Positions 26,750-36,733 of a stretch of DNA of 64,000 bases are shown piece by piece. The stretch lies in sequence record OR496884.1. One strand, written 5' to 3'. Under the pieces are notes generated by a model. The model searched no databases and was not told the DNA's origin. It was given only the letters and a program-made list of their open reading frames with translations. A program made the position numbers and the translations under genes. Each line of letters opens with the position of its first letter. Within the stretch, counting starts at the first letter, position 1.

Positions 26750-28228
26750 ATGCATAACTTTAGTCATGCTGTTAACACTCGGTTTGAAAATATCCCTCTC
26801 TTTACGTTAGAGCAGGATTGGGCGGGTGATTATGATGATTATCTTGAGTTGAAAAAACTACAAGGTAATGAGTCATTAAATAGTCTATTTGAACCAGCAA
26901 TTAAATATAATCAGTTTGGTGGCATGGAATCTATTGATGACTTATTTGATGTCATTAGTGGATTAGAAGCGTTGACACCTAATTTTGTTTATGATCGAGA
27001 TGACGCATGTCTCGACATATTCAATGAATTAGTAGGAGACGACCTTGTTATTAATCCAAGATGGGTTTCTACATTACGGCGTTTTGTTTATGGATTCTCA
27101 ACCAAAGATAATGAACATACAGAGTTCTTTGGATCACCTTATCTCGGCACACATCGAATCTTATTTAAAACATCTGATCGTGTTACATTCTTTAATGACA
27201 TTATTGATGTTGATGAAATAAAACTTAGAGATGAATTAATTAAAACTCGTTGGATCAACAAAGACTTTAAAGTCTCTTCAGATGCATTTAACTTGTCCAT
27301 CGTATATTTAATGTACCGAGTGTTTAATTCAGATTTAAGTCACCAAATGAAAGAAGAAGCATTGATTAATTTAGTCATGCTTTTTCATTACCGAATCCTG
27401 ACTTCTATCATGAACCATTATTTTGGTTATTTGGTCAAACCCAGTGTAGCTCAAACCGCATATAACAAACTTAGTTTAAAGTTTGATATCAAACGTTATG
27501 GTAGTTGGAACGCGTTGTTTAGAGCTCGTGCAGAGTTTATTATTAATCCTAAAACAGGGATCCACTATGAAACATTTACCAGAATGGATAACGACAAGAA
27601 AATCGTTTACATGGTAAATGACATGGAATCTCGTTTGAAGGGTGTTATGAACGATTACACCAAAGTACTTTACGAGATTAAAGACTCGGTAGATCTTGTT
27701 GAAACAGATAGCGGATTTGCCATGATGGATGGTGAAATCAATATCAAGGATGTTCAAAAACAAGTTAATCGATATCGAAATTATATTTCAGGTATTCTAG
27801 TTGATCGTCACAGTTTTTTTAAACAAGAATTAGTAAGTTATGCAGCAAGAGCATTAGATGACACTCGTTCTGCGGGACAGTTTGAAGATAAGCTTGTAAA
27901 CATCATTAGAGAGTTCCCTGCACAATACAGTCATCCTAAAGGTGAAAAGTATAAAGAATTCATTGATGACGTCATTACGCATTTATTTGAATACATGGCG
28001 AGCAACAGTATTCGACATAATGATTTAAACAGCATCATGTTTAAATTACGAGGCGCTTACGTTAGTAACAAATCTATTAACAAACTCGTCCATAAGTTAC
28101 GTAAAAATGGTGATGAAATAATTAAAGCAATGACGGGTATAAAAACCCAATTTACCGTTTCACAATTACGAACTGCGTTAATGTTATATATTGTCCTTAG
28201 AACATTAACGATGGACTATTATAAATAA
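26750..28228 (+). CDS. conserved phiKZ-like protein, probable virion component
   Basis: 492-aa ORF; NEHTEFFGSPYLG...FKVSSDAFNLS pattern recalled from phiKZ-like core proteins (unverified). Confidence 0.7.
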   Translation: MHNFSHAVNTRFENIPLFTLEQDWAGDYDDYLELKKLQGNESLNSLFEPAIKYNQFGGMESIDDLFDVISGLEALTPNFVYDRDDACLDIFNELVGDDLVINPRWVSTLRRFVYGFSTKDNEHTEFFGSPYLGTHRILFKTSDRVTFFNDIIDVDEIKLRDELIKTRWINKDFKVSSDAFNLSIVYLMYRVFNSDLSHQMKEEALINLVMLFHYRILTSIMNHYFGYLVKPSVAQTAYNKLSLKFDIKRYGSWNALFRARAEFIINPKTGIHYETFTRMDNDKKIVYMVNDMESRLKGVMNDYTKVLYEIKDSVDLVETDSGFAMMDGEINIKDVQKQVNRYRNYISGILVDRHSFFKQELVSYAARALDDTRSAGQFEDKLVNIIREFPAQYSHPKGEKYKEFIDDVITHLFEYMASNSIRHNDLNSIMFKLRGAYVSNKSINKLVHKLRKNGDEIIKAMTGIKTQFTVSQLRTALMLYIVLRTLTMDYYK

Positions 28229-28238
28229 AAGGAAACTC

Positions 28239-28847
28239 ATGTATATTGCTATAGAAGGTCTTGATTTTAGTGGAAAAAGCACGCTTGCAAAAATAATTGC
28301 TAAAGAGATGAATGCACGTTTGACCATGGAGCCCTTTTGCGAGACAGAAGAGTCAAAGGCATTTAAAGCAAAATTGTGTAGTAACACAATGACTAAAGAT
28401 GAAGAAATCCAAGGTTATGGTTTAGCGCGTGTCCAGACATTTAAAAATGTAATTATTCCATGTAAAGAACAAGGTCAAAACGTCATCAGTGATCGAAACT
28501 TTATTACATCCATGGTTTATCAGTCATGTGATGAAATTAGTCTAAGTCATATTTTTAATTTCAATAAAAAATTATTAGCATCTCAAGGATACGACATCCT
28601 TCCTGATCTAATTATTTTTATTGATATCACTCATGACGAGTTTTTGACTAGATTGGAAGATGCTCAAACAAATGGTCGGGAAGTAAACGCCAAAGACTTA
28701 ATGTTTAAAGACCAAGAAGTATTTGATCTTTATCGTTCTAAATACCTAAGATCTTTAGCTTATCTTTCTGATAATTTTAATGTTGCAATTAAAATTGTTA
28801 ATTCAAAAGAAAATACGTTTGAACATTTTAAAGATCTGATTGAATAA
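28239..28847 (+). CDS. tmk: thymidylate (dTMP) kinase
   Basis: N-terminal YIAIEGLDFSGKST P-loop, TMEP, SDRNFITSMVYQ, PDLIIFIDI. Confidence 0.9.
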   Translation: MYIAIEGLDFSGKSTLAKIIAKEMNARLTMEPFCETEESKAFKAKLCSNTMTKDEEIQGYGLARVQTFKNVIIPCKEQGQNVISDRNFITSMVYQSCDEISLSHIFNFNKKLLASQGYDILPDLIIFIDITHDEFLTRLEDAQTNGREVNAKDLMFKDQEVFDLYRSKYLRSLAYLSDNFNVAIKIVNSKENTFEHFKDLIE

Positions 28848-28855
28848 AACTATTT

Positions 28856-28889
28856 AACTCTCTACTCCCTTTAAAGGGAGTAGAGAGTT
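28856..28889. terminator. bidirectional terminator between convergent genes
   Basis: Perfect palindrome AACTCTCTACTCCCTTT/AAAGGGAGTAGAGAGTT. Confidence 0.85.
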
Positions 28890-28926
28890 TCTATTAAATA
28901 AATGAAATTAAAAATTAAACTATTTT

Positions 28927-31374
28927 TTATGCAAGCTCAATTGCAAGTTTAGGTACCATCGTAATTTCATTTACAGGACCTTGAAAAGGACTAGAGGAAA
29001 GTCCATCTAAATGTATTTTACTATATCCCACAATTCCTGACAAAGCCGCTTCAGGTGTTGTTAATCCAACATTAAAAATTCCTACAGGAGATTCATCAGT
29101 GAAATTCACTGTATGTAAAACTCCAGTTCCTTGTTGAACAACAGCAACCCAATATACACCAGGATACAATGTGGTAATCCCAGATGTTACAGTGCCTTTA
29201 TTAATCCCAATTACAGCTGGGTTGATAAGCCTTCCTGTACAAATAAAACTTCCTGGGAAACCTCTCCCGTTATCCGCATAAATACCAAAACGCGTTACTA
29301 CGTTTACCCCTCCCAAACTTGTAATATTAATGACAAAATTATTAATATTACACGTGTTAGGAACTAGTATTGGCGTGACGTACATTAAATTATCCGAAGA
29401 AGGAACGGTTAATTCCGATACTCTTCCGCCTGAAATTAAAAACCTCCCGGCTTGCGCATCACCGCGGTTACCTGTTTTTAATGTATTAATAATACGTCCG
29501 TTACCGGTTCCCAATACCGACACATTTTCCGTCTCGACATCTAAATACTCATTATTAACCCCAGAGTCAACTATCCCCACCGGGAAATTTTTAATTAACA
29601 ACCCTGAAATTTTACTATTTTTACCTGCATTTTTAATGGCAGGGCTTGAACCTTTAATGCCAGATTTTAATATGCTTAAATTTTTAGCTCTTAAGACAGT
29701 ATGAGGGCTTGTTATATTAATCCCCTCAGCACCTGTTTCTTCTATGGTAACGTCTTCTAAGTATATAGTCCCTCCTGGTTGATCGCTATATATACTTCCT
29801 CCTTCAGACGCTCCAGAAAGCGACATGCCTTTTAAAAGGGTGCCTTTAATTTTTATTTCACCGGTCCAATTTGAATCTACTGGATTTGTTGCGGCGCTAA
29901 AAATTCTAATATTTGACCGCCTTGTCCCTATTACCTGTCCACCATCAACGTTGACGCCCCATCCCCTAATATTTATGCCATCAAATCCACCATTGACATT
30001 TGGAGTAATTAAAATATTAACAGCATTTTCATGCGTATCAATTGCAGCGTTTGTACAATCTCGACACGCGACAGGTCCTAGATAGATTGATTCCGGAACA
30101 CCGTAAATATTTAAATCAGAAAACCAAGGTTCTCCCCAAGGTAGCCAAGAATTTTCAGGAGTTTGAGTGTGCAAAACAGCGGTTCCTGTGGTGATGGCAT
30201 GTCGGCACCTAGATGCTGTACCGGAATTCCAGCAAAAATCTCTAGTAGCACCACCTAAATGTATTCCGTAACCAAAATTGCCGTTTAACGAGTTATCGGT
30301 TAAATCAGATGTTTCAGAATTATTAAATGATCCGCCTAAGCAGTGCATATAAGAAGCACCCGCGCCGCCATGACGAGAAATTTTTACGTTATTAAGATCC
30401 GGAGTTTTACATAAAACAAAATGTATTAAAGGAATTTTATTAGTGATAACACTATCCGAGGTGTAATTCCCATCCTCAAAAATGACTTTATCACCAAAAT
30501 TTACACGATATATTTTACCTTTACTACTCCCAGCCCCTTTAATTTCCTGAGAAAGCCCCATGTCTAATTGCAAGAAATTACTGCTTTTTGCAATTACCTT
30601 TCTTAACATCCCTGTTCTTGATCCAGAGGTAACATTGGGAGAAATACAATTAGAATTTATATAAATCCAGTCGTCAATATTAATAGTTGAAACATCATCG
30701 CCCGTTACCTTTAACCAATTGTCTAATGGCAAAATTGTTTCATTTGATAAATGAATAGGAAGCCCAATCAAAGTTCCATTTTTAACAAATATTGATCCAT
30801 TACCTATTCGTTGAATTGTTACACCAGGACCTACTTTTATTTTTTTAATATTAGTATTAGTCAAATTTATTTCAGAATTGACATCAACATCAATATCTAT
30901 AATTAATTCAGAAGCCCCAGAGTTGACCGCGTTTTTTAGAGCTCTTGAACCAGTTATTGGATCTGAAATTTCCCACCAAGATAACCATACGGTATTAAAA
31001 AAAGCAAGTCTTTTCCATCGATTTCCGTTATTAGAAACAATAATTATTCCTGCGTTGTCTAAAGAAGTTTTATCATTAATGTCTAACCAAAAATTACCGC
31101 CTGAAAACCCGTTGTTAACATTTGCTAAAATAGAAATGGTTGTTGCATTTCCTTCATATGACCTTAATTCATCATAGGTTTTTAAATTAATGTAAACAGA
31201 TAAACTAAGGTCCTCAATCTTTTTAGTTAACCCAGCAATGCTAATTCTTTTCTTGTTAAAACGATCATAATAAAAATCAGCATCTCCATTAATAAGGAAA
31301 TCCAGATTTCTGGCGTTATCTTGTAAATCCCGTAAGTCTATTGACCCTATGGGATTACCTGTATTATTGGCCAT
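28927..31374 (-). CDS. tailspike-like protein / putative polysaccharide depolymerase
   Basis: N-terminus NTGNPIGS..DLQDNARNLD...DRF, then TYDELRSY...G.FW...D.G.IIV..NG.RWKR; Gly/Asn/Ile-rich beta-helix-like core; beta-rich C-terminal domain. Confidence 0.78.
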   Translation of the reverse strand: MANNTGNPIGSIDLRDLQDNARNLDFLINGDADFYYDRFNKKRISIAGLTKKIEDLSLSVYINLKTYDELRSYEGNATTISILANVNNGFSGGNFWLDINDKTSLDNAGIIIVSNNGNRWKRLAFFNTVWLSWWEISDPITGSRALKNAVNSGASELIIDIDVDVNSEINLTNTNIKKIKVGPGVTIQRIGNGSIFVKNGTLIGLPIHLSNETILPLDNWLKVTGDDVSTINIDDWIYINSNCISPNVTSGSRTGMLRKVIAKSSNFLQLDMGLSQEIKGAGSSKGKIYRVNFGDKVIFEDGNYTSDSVITNKIPLIHFVLCKTPDLNNVKISRHGGAGASYMHCLGGSFNNSETSDLTDNSLNGNFGYGIHLGGATRDFCWNSGTASRCRHAITTGTAVLHTQTPENSWLPWGEPWFSDLNIYGVPESIYLGPVACRDCTNAAIDTHENAVNILITPNVNGGFDGINIRGWGVNVDGGQVIGTRRSNIRIFSAATNPVDSNWTGEIKIKGTLLKGMSLSGASEGGSIYSDQPGGTIYLEDVTIEETGAEGINITSPHTVLRAKNLSILKSGIKGSSPAIKNAGKNSKISGLLIKNFPVGIVDSGVNNEYLDVETENVSVLGTGNGRIINTLKTGNRGDAQAGRFLISGGRVSELTVPSSDNLMYVTPILVPNTCNINNFVINITSLGGVNVVTRFGIYADNGRGFPGSFICTGRLINPAVIGINKGTVTSGITTLYPGVYWVAVVQQGTGVLHTVNFTDESPVGIFNVGLTTPEAALSGIVGYSKIHLDGLSSSPFQGPVNEITMVPKLAIELA

Positions 31375-31440
31375 TCTTATACCTCTAAACGAATCAAAAA
31401 AGTTAATAGCCCTCGGCGTATAAAAATACCCTCATAGGAT

Positions 31441-31472
31441 GACCCCTCCCCAGCCAAAGCCGGAGAGGAGTC
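31441..31472 (-). terminator. intrinsic terminator after terminase
   Basis: 14-bp stem GACTCCTCTCCGGC/GCTGGGGAGGGGTC; G-U wobbles valid on the minus strand. Confidence 0.7.
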
Positions 31473-31483
31473 TGATCATTTAT

Positions 31484-34400
31484 TTAACGATACGAGAATC
31501 TGGACATTCTTCCATTAGTCCGTTGTTTACTTCTTTCTAACTGAGCATTAGCGATGATTTCATCCACAGTCACTGTCTTACGAAGTTCCTTAGGAATATA
31601 ATCACCTAACTTCTTAATCTCCATTTCAATGCGTTCAGCCAACATATCGTTTTCGGTATTTTCAAGTTCTTTTCTAAGTTCCTCAATTCGTTCTTTAATA
31701 CGGATAAACAATTCCATTTGGTCTTTGGAGTAATGGGGTTTATCAGGATCATCCATTAATGTTTTAACTTCTGTTAATGTATGACCTTGCGGAATCCCAT
31801 ATAAAGTTTTATTATAACCCAGTTTTATAAACCAGTATGTCAACAGCCATGCAATTACTAAGTCATCATGACCTTTTGATGAGTGATCAATTCGACCATC
31901 ATTATCTTTTTCCAAACGGATTAATTCGTCAATCAAGTGTCCGTAACGAATTCCGGAACCGGTTACACTAACCGCCTCTAATATAAAGTTAAACATTTGG
32001 TTTCGAGTGGTTGAATTAGTTTGAAATCCAAAACGACCCTTATATTTCAAATAGAACTCTTTTGTTCTAAAATTAAAATGAACCTCGTGTATGTCTTTAT
32101 ATTCGGTTTTATATTTAACTGGGTCTTGATAAATATCATTAAAGATACGTTTAAAAGGATCGATTCCAAGAGATGGTAATGTCAACAATAATGTATCGAT
32201 CATGTGCGCTGCACGGTTTCGCTCAATGATTAACAAACTGTTTTCCATCCGTGTTAACAGATTTAACAACACTTTTGTAACGTCATCTAAGAACGCCAAT
32301 GGATATCTTCCAACACCTAAGTTCTCACCTGTCTTTAAACGTCGTATAACGACTGTACAGGCATCTCGATCAATTGCATCTGACGTATCCACGCCTAACA
32401 ATAAGAACTCGTTAGGATCGTTTATATACTCGTTTAATTTACCTTCAGTAATAAACCAGTCCATAAACAAACCAGTGTCTGCAATCTCCTCATTCCAAAT
32501 AGGCTCTGCTTTTCCGTTACTTAGCAATTCCCTTGTCTTATCATCAAATACCTTCCTAACACCTTCCTCAGTCCACATCATCAATAAATCGATTTTTGCT
32601 TTACCTAAGCTCAAACCTAACTTGTCCATTGTCTCCTTTACCCAATCTTTACCAAAGCCTAATTGCAAATGGTTAAATTGCATACAGATTTTAGGAGATG
32701 TAGTACTAACCGGAGAAGCTTTAATAACACGTTGGACCAAATGACTTTCTGAATAGCTATCAAAGAACACTTCACGCCATTCAGTACTGTGCATCATTTC
32801 GTCATACATGTACCTTCCTTCCTCTTTTAAAATAGAGTTAGGAGTCGTTGCTTTTGCCGTATAGTAAGGTATGCCTTTTTCACGAGCATTCTTTTGCGCT
32901 GTCAGTGTACTAGGACCTGCACCGTTCAGAATGTTTTCAATATACTTCATCCAAGCTGGTTCATCGACACTTAATGATTCAAACGTACTACCACGAGCAA
33001 CGTTTTCAGCACCATCTTCACCACCACTTGGTACGCGGACTTCAAAGGTGTTTTTCTCACTTTCTCCAAATGCCTGATAAGTTAGAATGTTACCAGCATC
33101 ATTATCTTTGTATGTCATGTTGATTAAGTAATCTGGAACACCAGAACGGATTTTCTTAATCGCGTTGACAAACTGCATACGGTTAGAAGCAGCAAGAGTG
33201 ATAAGACCTGCGCGGAAACCACGTCCAATCAAATACTGCATAATGAAAGCCATTACTTGCATTCCAACAGTATTGTGAGTCACCACATAGTTATCGGTTA
33301 CATACAAGTGGTCAGGGTGATCGATTTCAATACAAAAACTATCGGCTATCTCAGGTAATTTCTGAATATCATAAATAGCAAGCTTGCTATTGAACTTAGC
33401 ACCTCTAATGCAGTCTTTCACCCGACTGATGCGTTTAGGGTCTCTAAAGAGCAACCAGGGCTCTTTGCTGCGAATATTTACCCTATATGCTTTTGCACCA
33501 ACTCGAGTTTCACCTTTATAAGTATATTTAGGCTCATCCCTAGAGGTAACGTGACAGATATGTCCTAAACTCCAAGCAAGTTTCTGAACATCTTTAGAAA
33601 GCTCTTTATTGCTTGTGGAATAATAGGTGTTACCTTTTTTCTCTGCCGTCCCGTCAGTATCCATTAAACCCTGAAGTAATGCTAGACGCTGAGCATGACT
33701 ACCAGCAAAATAAACTTCCGGAATACGCTTAGTTGACCAAGTGGAGCCAAGCAAACCTATATTAGAAAGTTCCTCTCTAATGTTAATATGTTTGGTTGAA
33801 TCATGATCATCAGCTTTTGTAATGGAAACCGTTTTACCATTTACTCCCATTTTGAGCTGATATCCAGCAGGAAGTAAATCTTTCACTCGATTAAATAAAT
33901 CAAGATCAGGTTTACAATAACCAACATTTCCACTTGATAATAATCCATCACCAATTAACACACCTACCAAATAAGGATGAATCTTAAAGGGTTTATGAGA
34001 AGAAACTTGGTCTGGTAAAACTAATGGAATAGAGAGATGATTTTTAGCATTACTGTTCTTAAGTTCCTTTACTCTTTCCATAGCTTCAAGAGTATCAAGC
34101 GTTCTCCATTTTCCTCGTCTACCCTTTCCGGCATCCCAAACAGTCCAAAGATGTTCAGGACCAGCCATAGCTGTTCGACCATCTACAAAAGTTATTTTAT
34201 AAACTGGTTGCATCCCTTGTGGATATAACGCCGTTACACAGGTTTTAGTTCCATCCCATGCCATCACCTCATCCCCAACCCTAACGTCGCGTATACGTTT
34301 CCACACACCGTCAGGATAGAGAATTTTACTATACCAGCATTGCAATTTCCCACTTTGTCTGGGCATCAAAATTAATGTGTTTAAATGGTTTAAACAAGAC

Positions 34401-34972
34401 CATATAAAAGAGATAACTGCACGGTTTGCTCTAAAACGTCTACCGTCAATTTTAATAATTTCACGAACACAATACCACACGTTCTGGTTACATTCAACCA
34501 AGATCATGGATTTTTGTTCATCAGTCAGATTTGGATCCCAAGGATCCACATTTGCTAACAATGGGTTATTCAATTGCAAATGAAAATAATAGTTCTTTAT
34601 TCCCATTTGACGAAAGAGTTCGGCGGTACGTAAGAAACTACGGTTATTGGTTTCTTTATGAATCCCTGCGCCAAAACGAGAAAAGTCTTTTAAGAATCTA
34701 ACTGTCTTTAATGTCCAAAGTGATTCTTCATCATAATGCGCTAAAACACGATCATCAGGACTTTCCAAGAAATGTCGTTTATTCTTATCATCCATCAGGT
34801 ATTCAGGTAATTTGGTATAATCCAAATTAAGGTGTTTTAATATTGTTTTAGCAATATTAAGTTTATGATCATCTTCCACTGTATTATTCCTTGTAACATA
34901 ATAGTTCCAGATAATTGCCGAGACAGTCGGAATTAGAAAATGATGAATATAGAAGCTGACTCTAGACCGCAA
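31484..34972 (-). CDS. terL: terminase large subunit (phiKZ gp25-like), intein-containing; true start probably downstream of 34972
   Basis: Walker A PRQSGK|T split by the intein, Walker B LSVDEP, nuclease LLLGVDTS..IIERN..GHDDLVIAW; synteny with sheath and tube. Confidence 0.92.
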   Translation of the reverse strand: MRSRVSFYIHHFLIPTVSAIIWNYYVTRNNTVEDDHKLNIAKTILKHLNLDYTKLPEYLMDDKNKRHFLESPDDRVLAHYDEESLWTLKTVRFLKDFSRFGAGIHKETNNRSFLRTAELFRQMGIKNYYFHLQLNNPLLANVDPWDPNLTDEQKSMILVECNQNVWYCVREIIKIDGRRFRANRAVISFIWSCLNHLNTLILMPRQSGKLQCWYSKILYPDGVWKRIRDVRVGDEVMAWDGTKTCVTALYPQGMQPVYKITFVDGRTAMAGPEHLWTVWDAGKGRRGKWRTLDTLEAMERVKELKNSNAKNHLSIPLVLPDQVSSHKPFKIHPYLVGVLIGDGLLSSGNVGYCKPDLDLFNRVKDLLPAGYQLKMGVNGKTVSITKADDHDSTKHINIREELSNIGLLGSTWSTKRIPEVYFAGSHAQRLALLQGLMDTDGTAEKKGNTYYSTSNKELSKDVQKLAWSLGHICHVTSRDEPKYTYKGETRVGAKAYRVNIRSKEPWLLFRDPKRISRVKDCIRGAKFNSKLAIYDIQKLPEIADSFCIEIDHPDHLYVTDNYVVTHNTVGMQVMAFIMQYLIGRGFRAGLITLAASNRMQFVNAIKKIRSGVPDYLINMTYKDNDAGNILTYQAFGESEKNTFEVRVPSGGEDGAENVARGSTFESLSVDEPAWMKYIENILNGAGPSTLTAQKNAREKGIPYYTAKATTPNSILKEEGRYMYDEMMHSTEWREVFFDSYSESHLVQRVIKASPVSTTSPKICMQFNHLQLGFGKDWVKETMDKLGLSLGKAKIDLLMMWTEEGVRKVFDDKTRELLSNGKAEPIWNEEIADTGLFMDWFITEGKLNEYINDPNEFLLLGVDTSDAIDRDACTVVIRRLKTGENLGVGRYPLAFLDDVTKVLLNLLTRMENSLLIIERNRAAHMIDTLLLTLPSLGIDPFKRIFNDIYQDPVKYKTEYKDIHEVHFNFRTKEFYLKYKGRFGFQTNSTTRNQMFNFILEAVSVTGSGIRYGHLIDELIRLEKDNDGRIDHSSKGHDDLVIAWLLTYWFIKLGYNKTLYGIPQGHTLTEVKTLMDDPDKPHYSKDQMELFIRIKERIEELRKELENTENDMLAERIEMEIKKLGDYIPKELRKTVTVDEIIANAQLERSKQRTNGRMSRFSYR
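33272..34345 (-). mobile_element. class 3 intein with LAGLIDADG homing endonuclease (358 aa)
   Basis: Starts LQCWYSKILYPDG, ends VVTHN followed by Thr; WCT triplet (HLW, SFCIEID, VTHN); endonuclease motifs YLVGVLIGDG and LLQGLMDTDG; removal restores GKT. Confidence 0.9.
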
Positions 34973-34986
34973 GGTCTAGAGTCAGC
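34955..34986 (-). terminator. terminator or hairpin
   Basis: Perfect 14-bp stem GCTGACTCTAGACC/GGTCTAGAGTCAGC. Confidence 0.75.
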
Positions 34987-34996
34987 ATTAGATAGA

Positions 34997-36733
34997 TTAA
35001 CTTACGGCCAGTTTACAAACCCCAGCGGAAACACCCAATTGGAGTTCATTACCATTAGCTTCACGTTTAACCCAACGGACATAAACACCTTCACCATTAA
35101 TTAACGCAAGGTCACTAATAGGAAGATTATTATAATCAACTACAGGGATTCCGGTTCTGGCAGTGTTGTTGGTTCGCAAAATGTCAAAGTGTGTAGGAAC
35201 GGGAGGGTTGATTTCAGTTCTTGGATCAAATATAGGTTCAAACGCATAGTACGCTTTTTCCAAGAATTCTTCTACCGTTGTATAGCCTGCAAATTTACCA
35301 GTAGTAATTCCGCCTACGCCAGAATTGAATTCCAAGTTCAATGCTGAGAAAGCGGGTTTACCGTAGGAATGTCTTACGTCCCATTTACGACCTTCAACCG
35401 TTCCGTTATTATAAAGAGTGATTGACGTTTCTTGAGTAAATGTCCAGGGTGCGTAACTTGCATTAACATCACGTAAATTCAGATTAAAAATCAGATTTTG
35501 TTCTGAACCGTAACGGCTACCGTCAAACGCGGGAGAACTTTCGTTGAGTTTAACCGCGCTAGTAACTTCCCGACAGAAACGACGATCCAAATCAGTTAAG
35601 TAATGACGCAACACCCAACCAAGAGACGGGTCCCAATAAGGATAAGTATAAAGCCTTGGTGAGTAAGCGCCTTCTGCTGGTGTGGCTACAATCGTGTACT
35701 GCTCAGAAATATGACGAGGAGCACCTGGTTGAACAATATATGCCTGCTCATGCTCTTTAAACGCATAAGTTAATACCAATGCATCGGATGTTTGTCCCGG
35801 AACAGTAGGTTTATATTGATCAATACCAATTAGTGTAAATCCATTATTACCGTTATAGGTATTAACAGGAAGTTCCTCTGAACTGGTCCCGTCTGAATAA
35901 TGAACTTTCGCACTAAACTGAATTGTTTTCAACGCAGTGTTAATCGGAATGAATAGTGTTCTAGGTGAAGTTGAATTAGTGAACCAAGGGCTGATCAATT
36001 CAATCGATTTAATGTACCGTTTTCCAAGTTGATGATCTCGTAGATAAGCACAATGTTGAGCCGCTACAAAATAAACAGGAGGAATAGGGCGACCATTGAT
36101 ATCATAATAAACCAATGCAGCACGAGAACCGTTAGGGAATTCATTTTCATTAATATTAATTGAAAATGTATCAGCACCCATTACTGTTCGATTTTCCAAA
36201 TTATCATAGACAACAGGAGAAACCGAGATAACATTATCGATTAACTCTTGTCCAGAATAACGAGCTGAAATCACTTGCCCCTTATCACCTATGACACTTC
36301 CTTTATACAAAATAGCATATGCGGCATCTGGTGCAACTGCATTGCTATCAACGCGCGCGACCGGAGGACGAACGCTGTAATCAACGGCGAGTGCTAACTC
36401 GCCTTGAAGAAATCCGTATTCGTGTTGCGGAAAGAGATCATAGTCATTACCAGTGTCTTGCTCAATGAGAGACCATGGTTCTAACGTTGTTTTCCAAGTT
36501 CCGTATTTATCAACATGTGCAGCTTGGAGTATCTGACGATTTACAACATCAAATACTAATTCACCTTCATTAGGAACAACGTACTTTGCGATGTCCTTAA
36601 TGTCATGAATGTCAGGATTAAAAATATTGTCAATGTAATGAATAACTTTACGAATTACATTGTTTTGATCCTGAATGTTTGCAGCTGCCAACGGACTTGA
36701 TAAAGATGTTGCCAAGGGTTGGTTATCAAACAT
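34997..36733 (-). CDS. virion structural protein (phiKZ gp26-like)
   Basis: 578 aa, beta-rich; position between terminase and gp27-like gene; YSPRLYTYPYW motif recalled from the family. Confidence 0.7.
   Translation of the reverse strand: MFDNQPLATSLSSPLAAANIQDQNNVIRKVIHYIDNIFNPDIHDIKDIAKYVVPNEGELVFDVVNRQILQAAHVDKYGTWKTTLEPWSLIEQDTGNDYDLFPQHEYGFLQGELALAVDYSVRPPVARVDSNAVAPDAAYAILYKGSVIGDKGQVISARYSGQELIDNVISVSPVVYDNLENRTVMGADTFSININENEFPNGSRAALVYYDINGRPIPPVYFVAAQHCAYLRDHQLGKRYIKSIELISPWFTNSTSPRTLFIPINTALKTIQFSAKVHYSDGTSSEELPVNTYNGNNGFTLIGIDQYKPTVPGQTSDALVLTYAFKEHEQAYIVQPGAPRHISEQYTIVATPAEGAYSPRLYTYPYWDPSLGWVLRHYLTDLDRRFCREVTSAVKLNESSPAFDGSRYGSEQNLIFNLNLRDVNASYAPWTFTQETSITLYNNGTVEGRKWDVRHSYGKPAFSALNLEFNSGVGGITTGKFAGYTTVEEFLEKAYYAFEPIFDPRTEINPPVPTHFDILRTNNTARTGIPVVDYNNLPISDLALINGEGVYVRWVKREANGNELQLGVSAGVCKLAVS

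Noticed and set aside
34790-34972. Long N-terminal extension of terminase as a novel domain
   Set aside because: The called start sits inside a terminator-like hairpin; a downstream start is more likely
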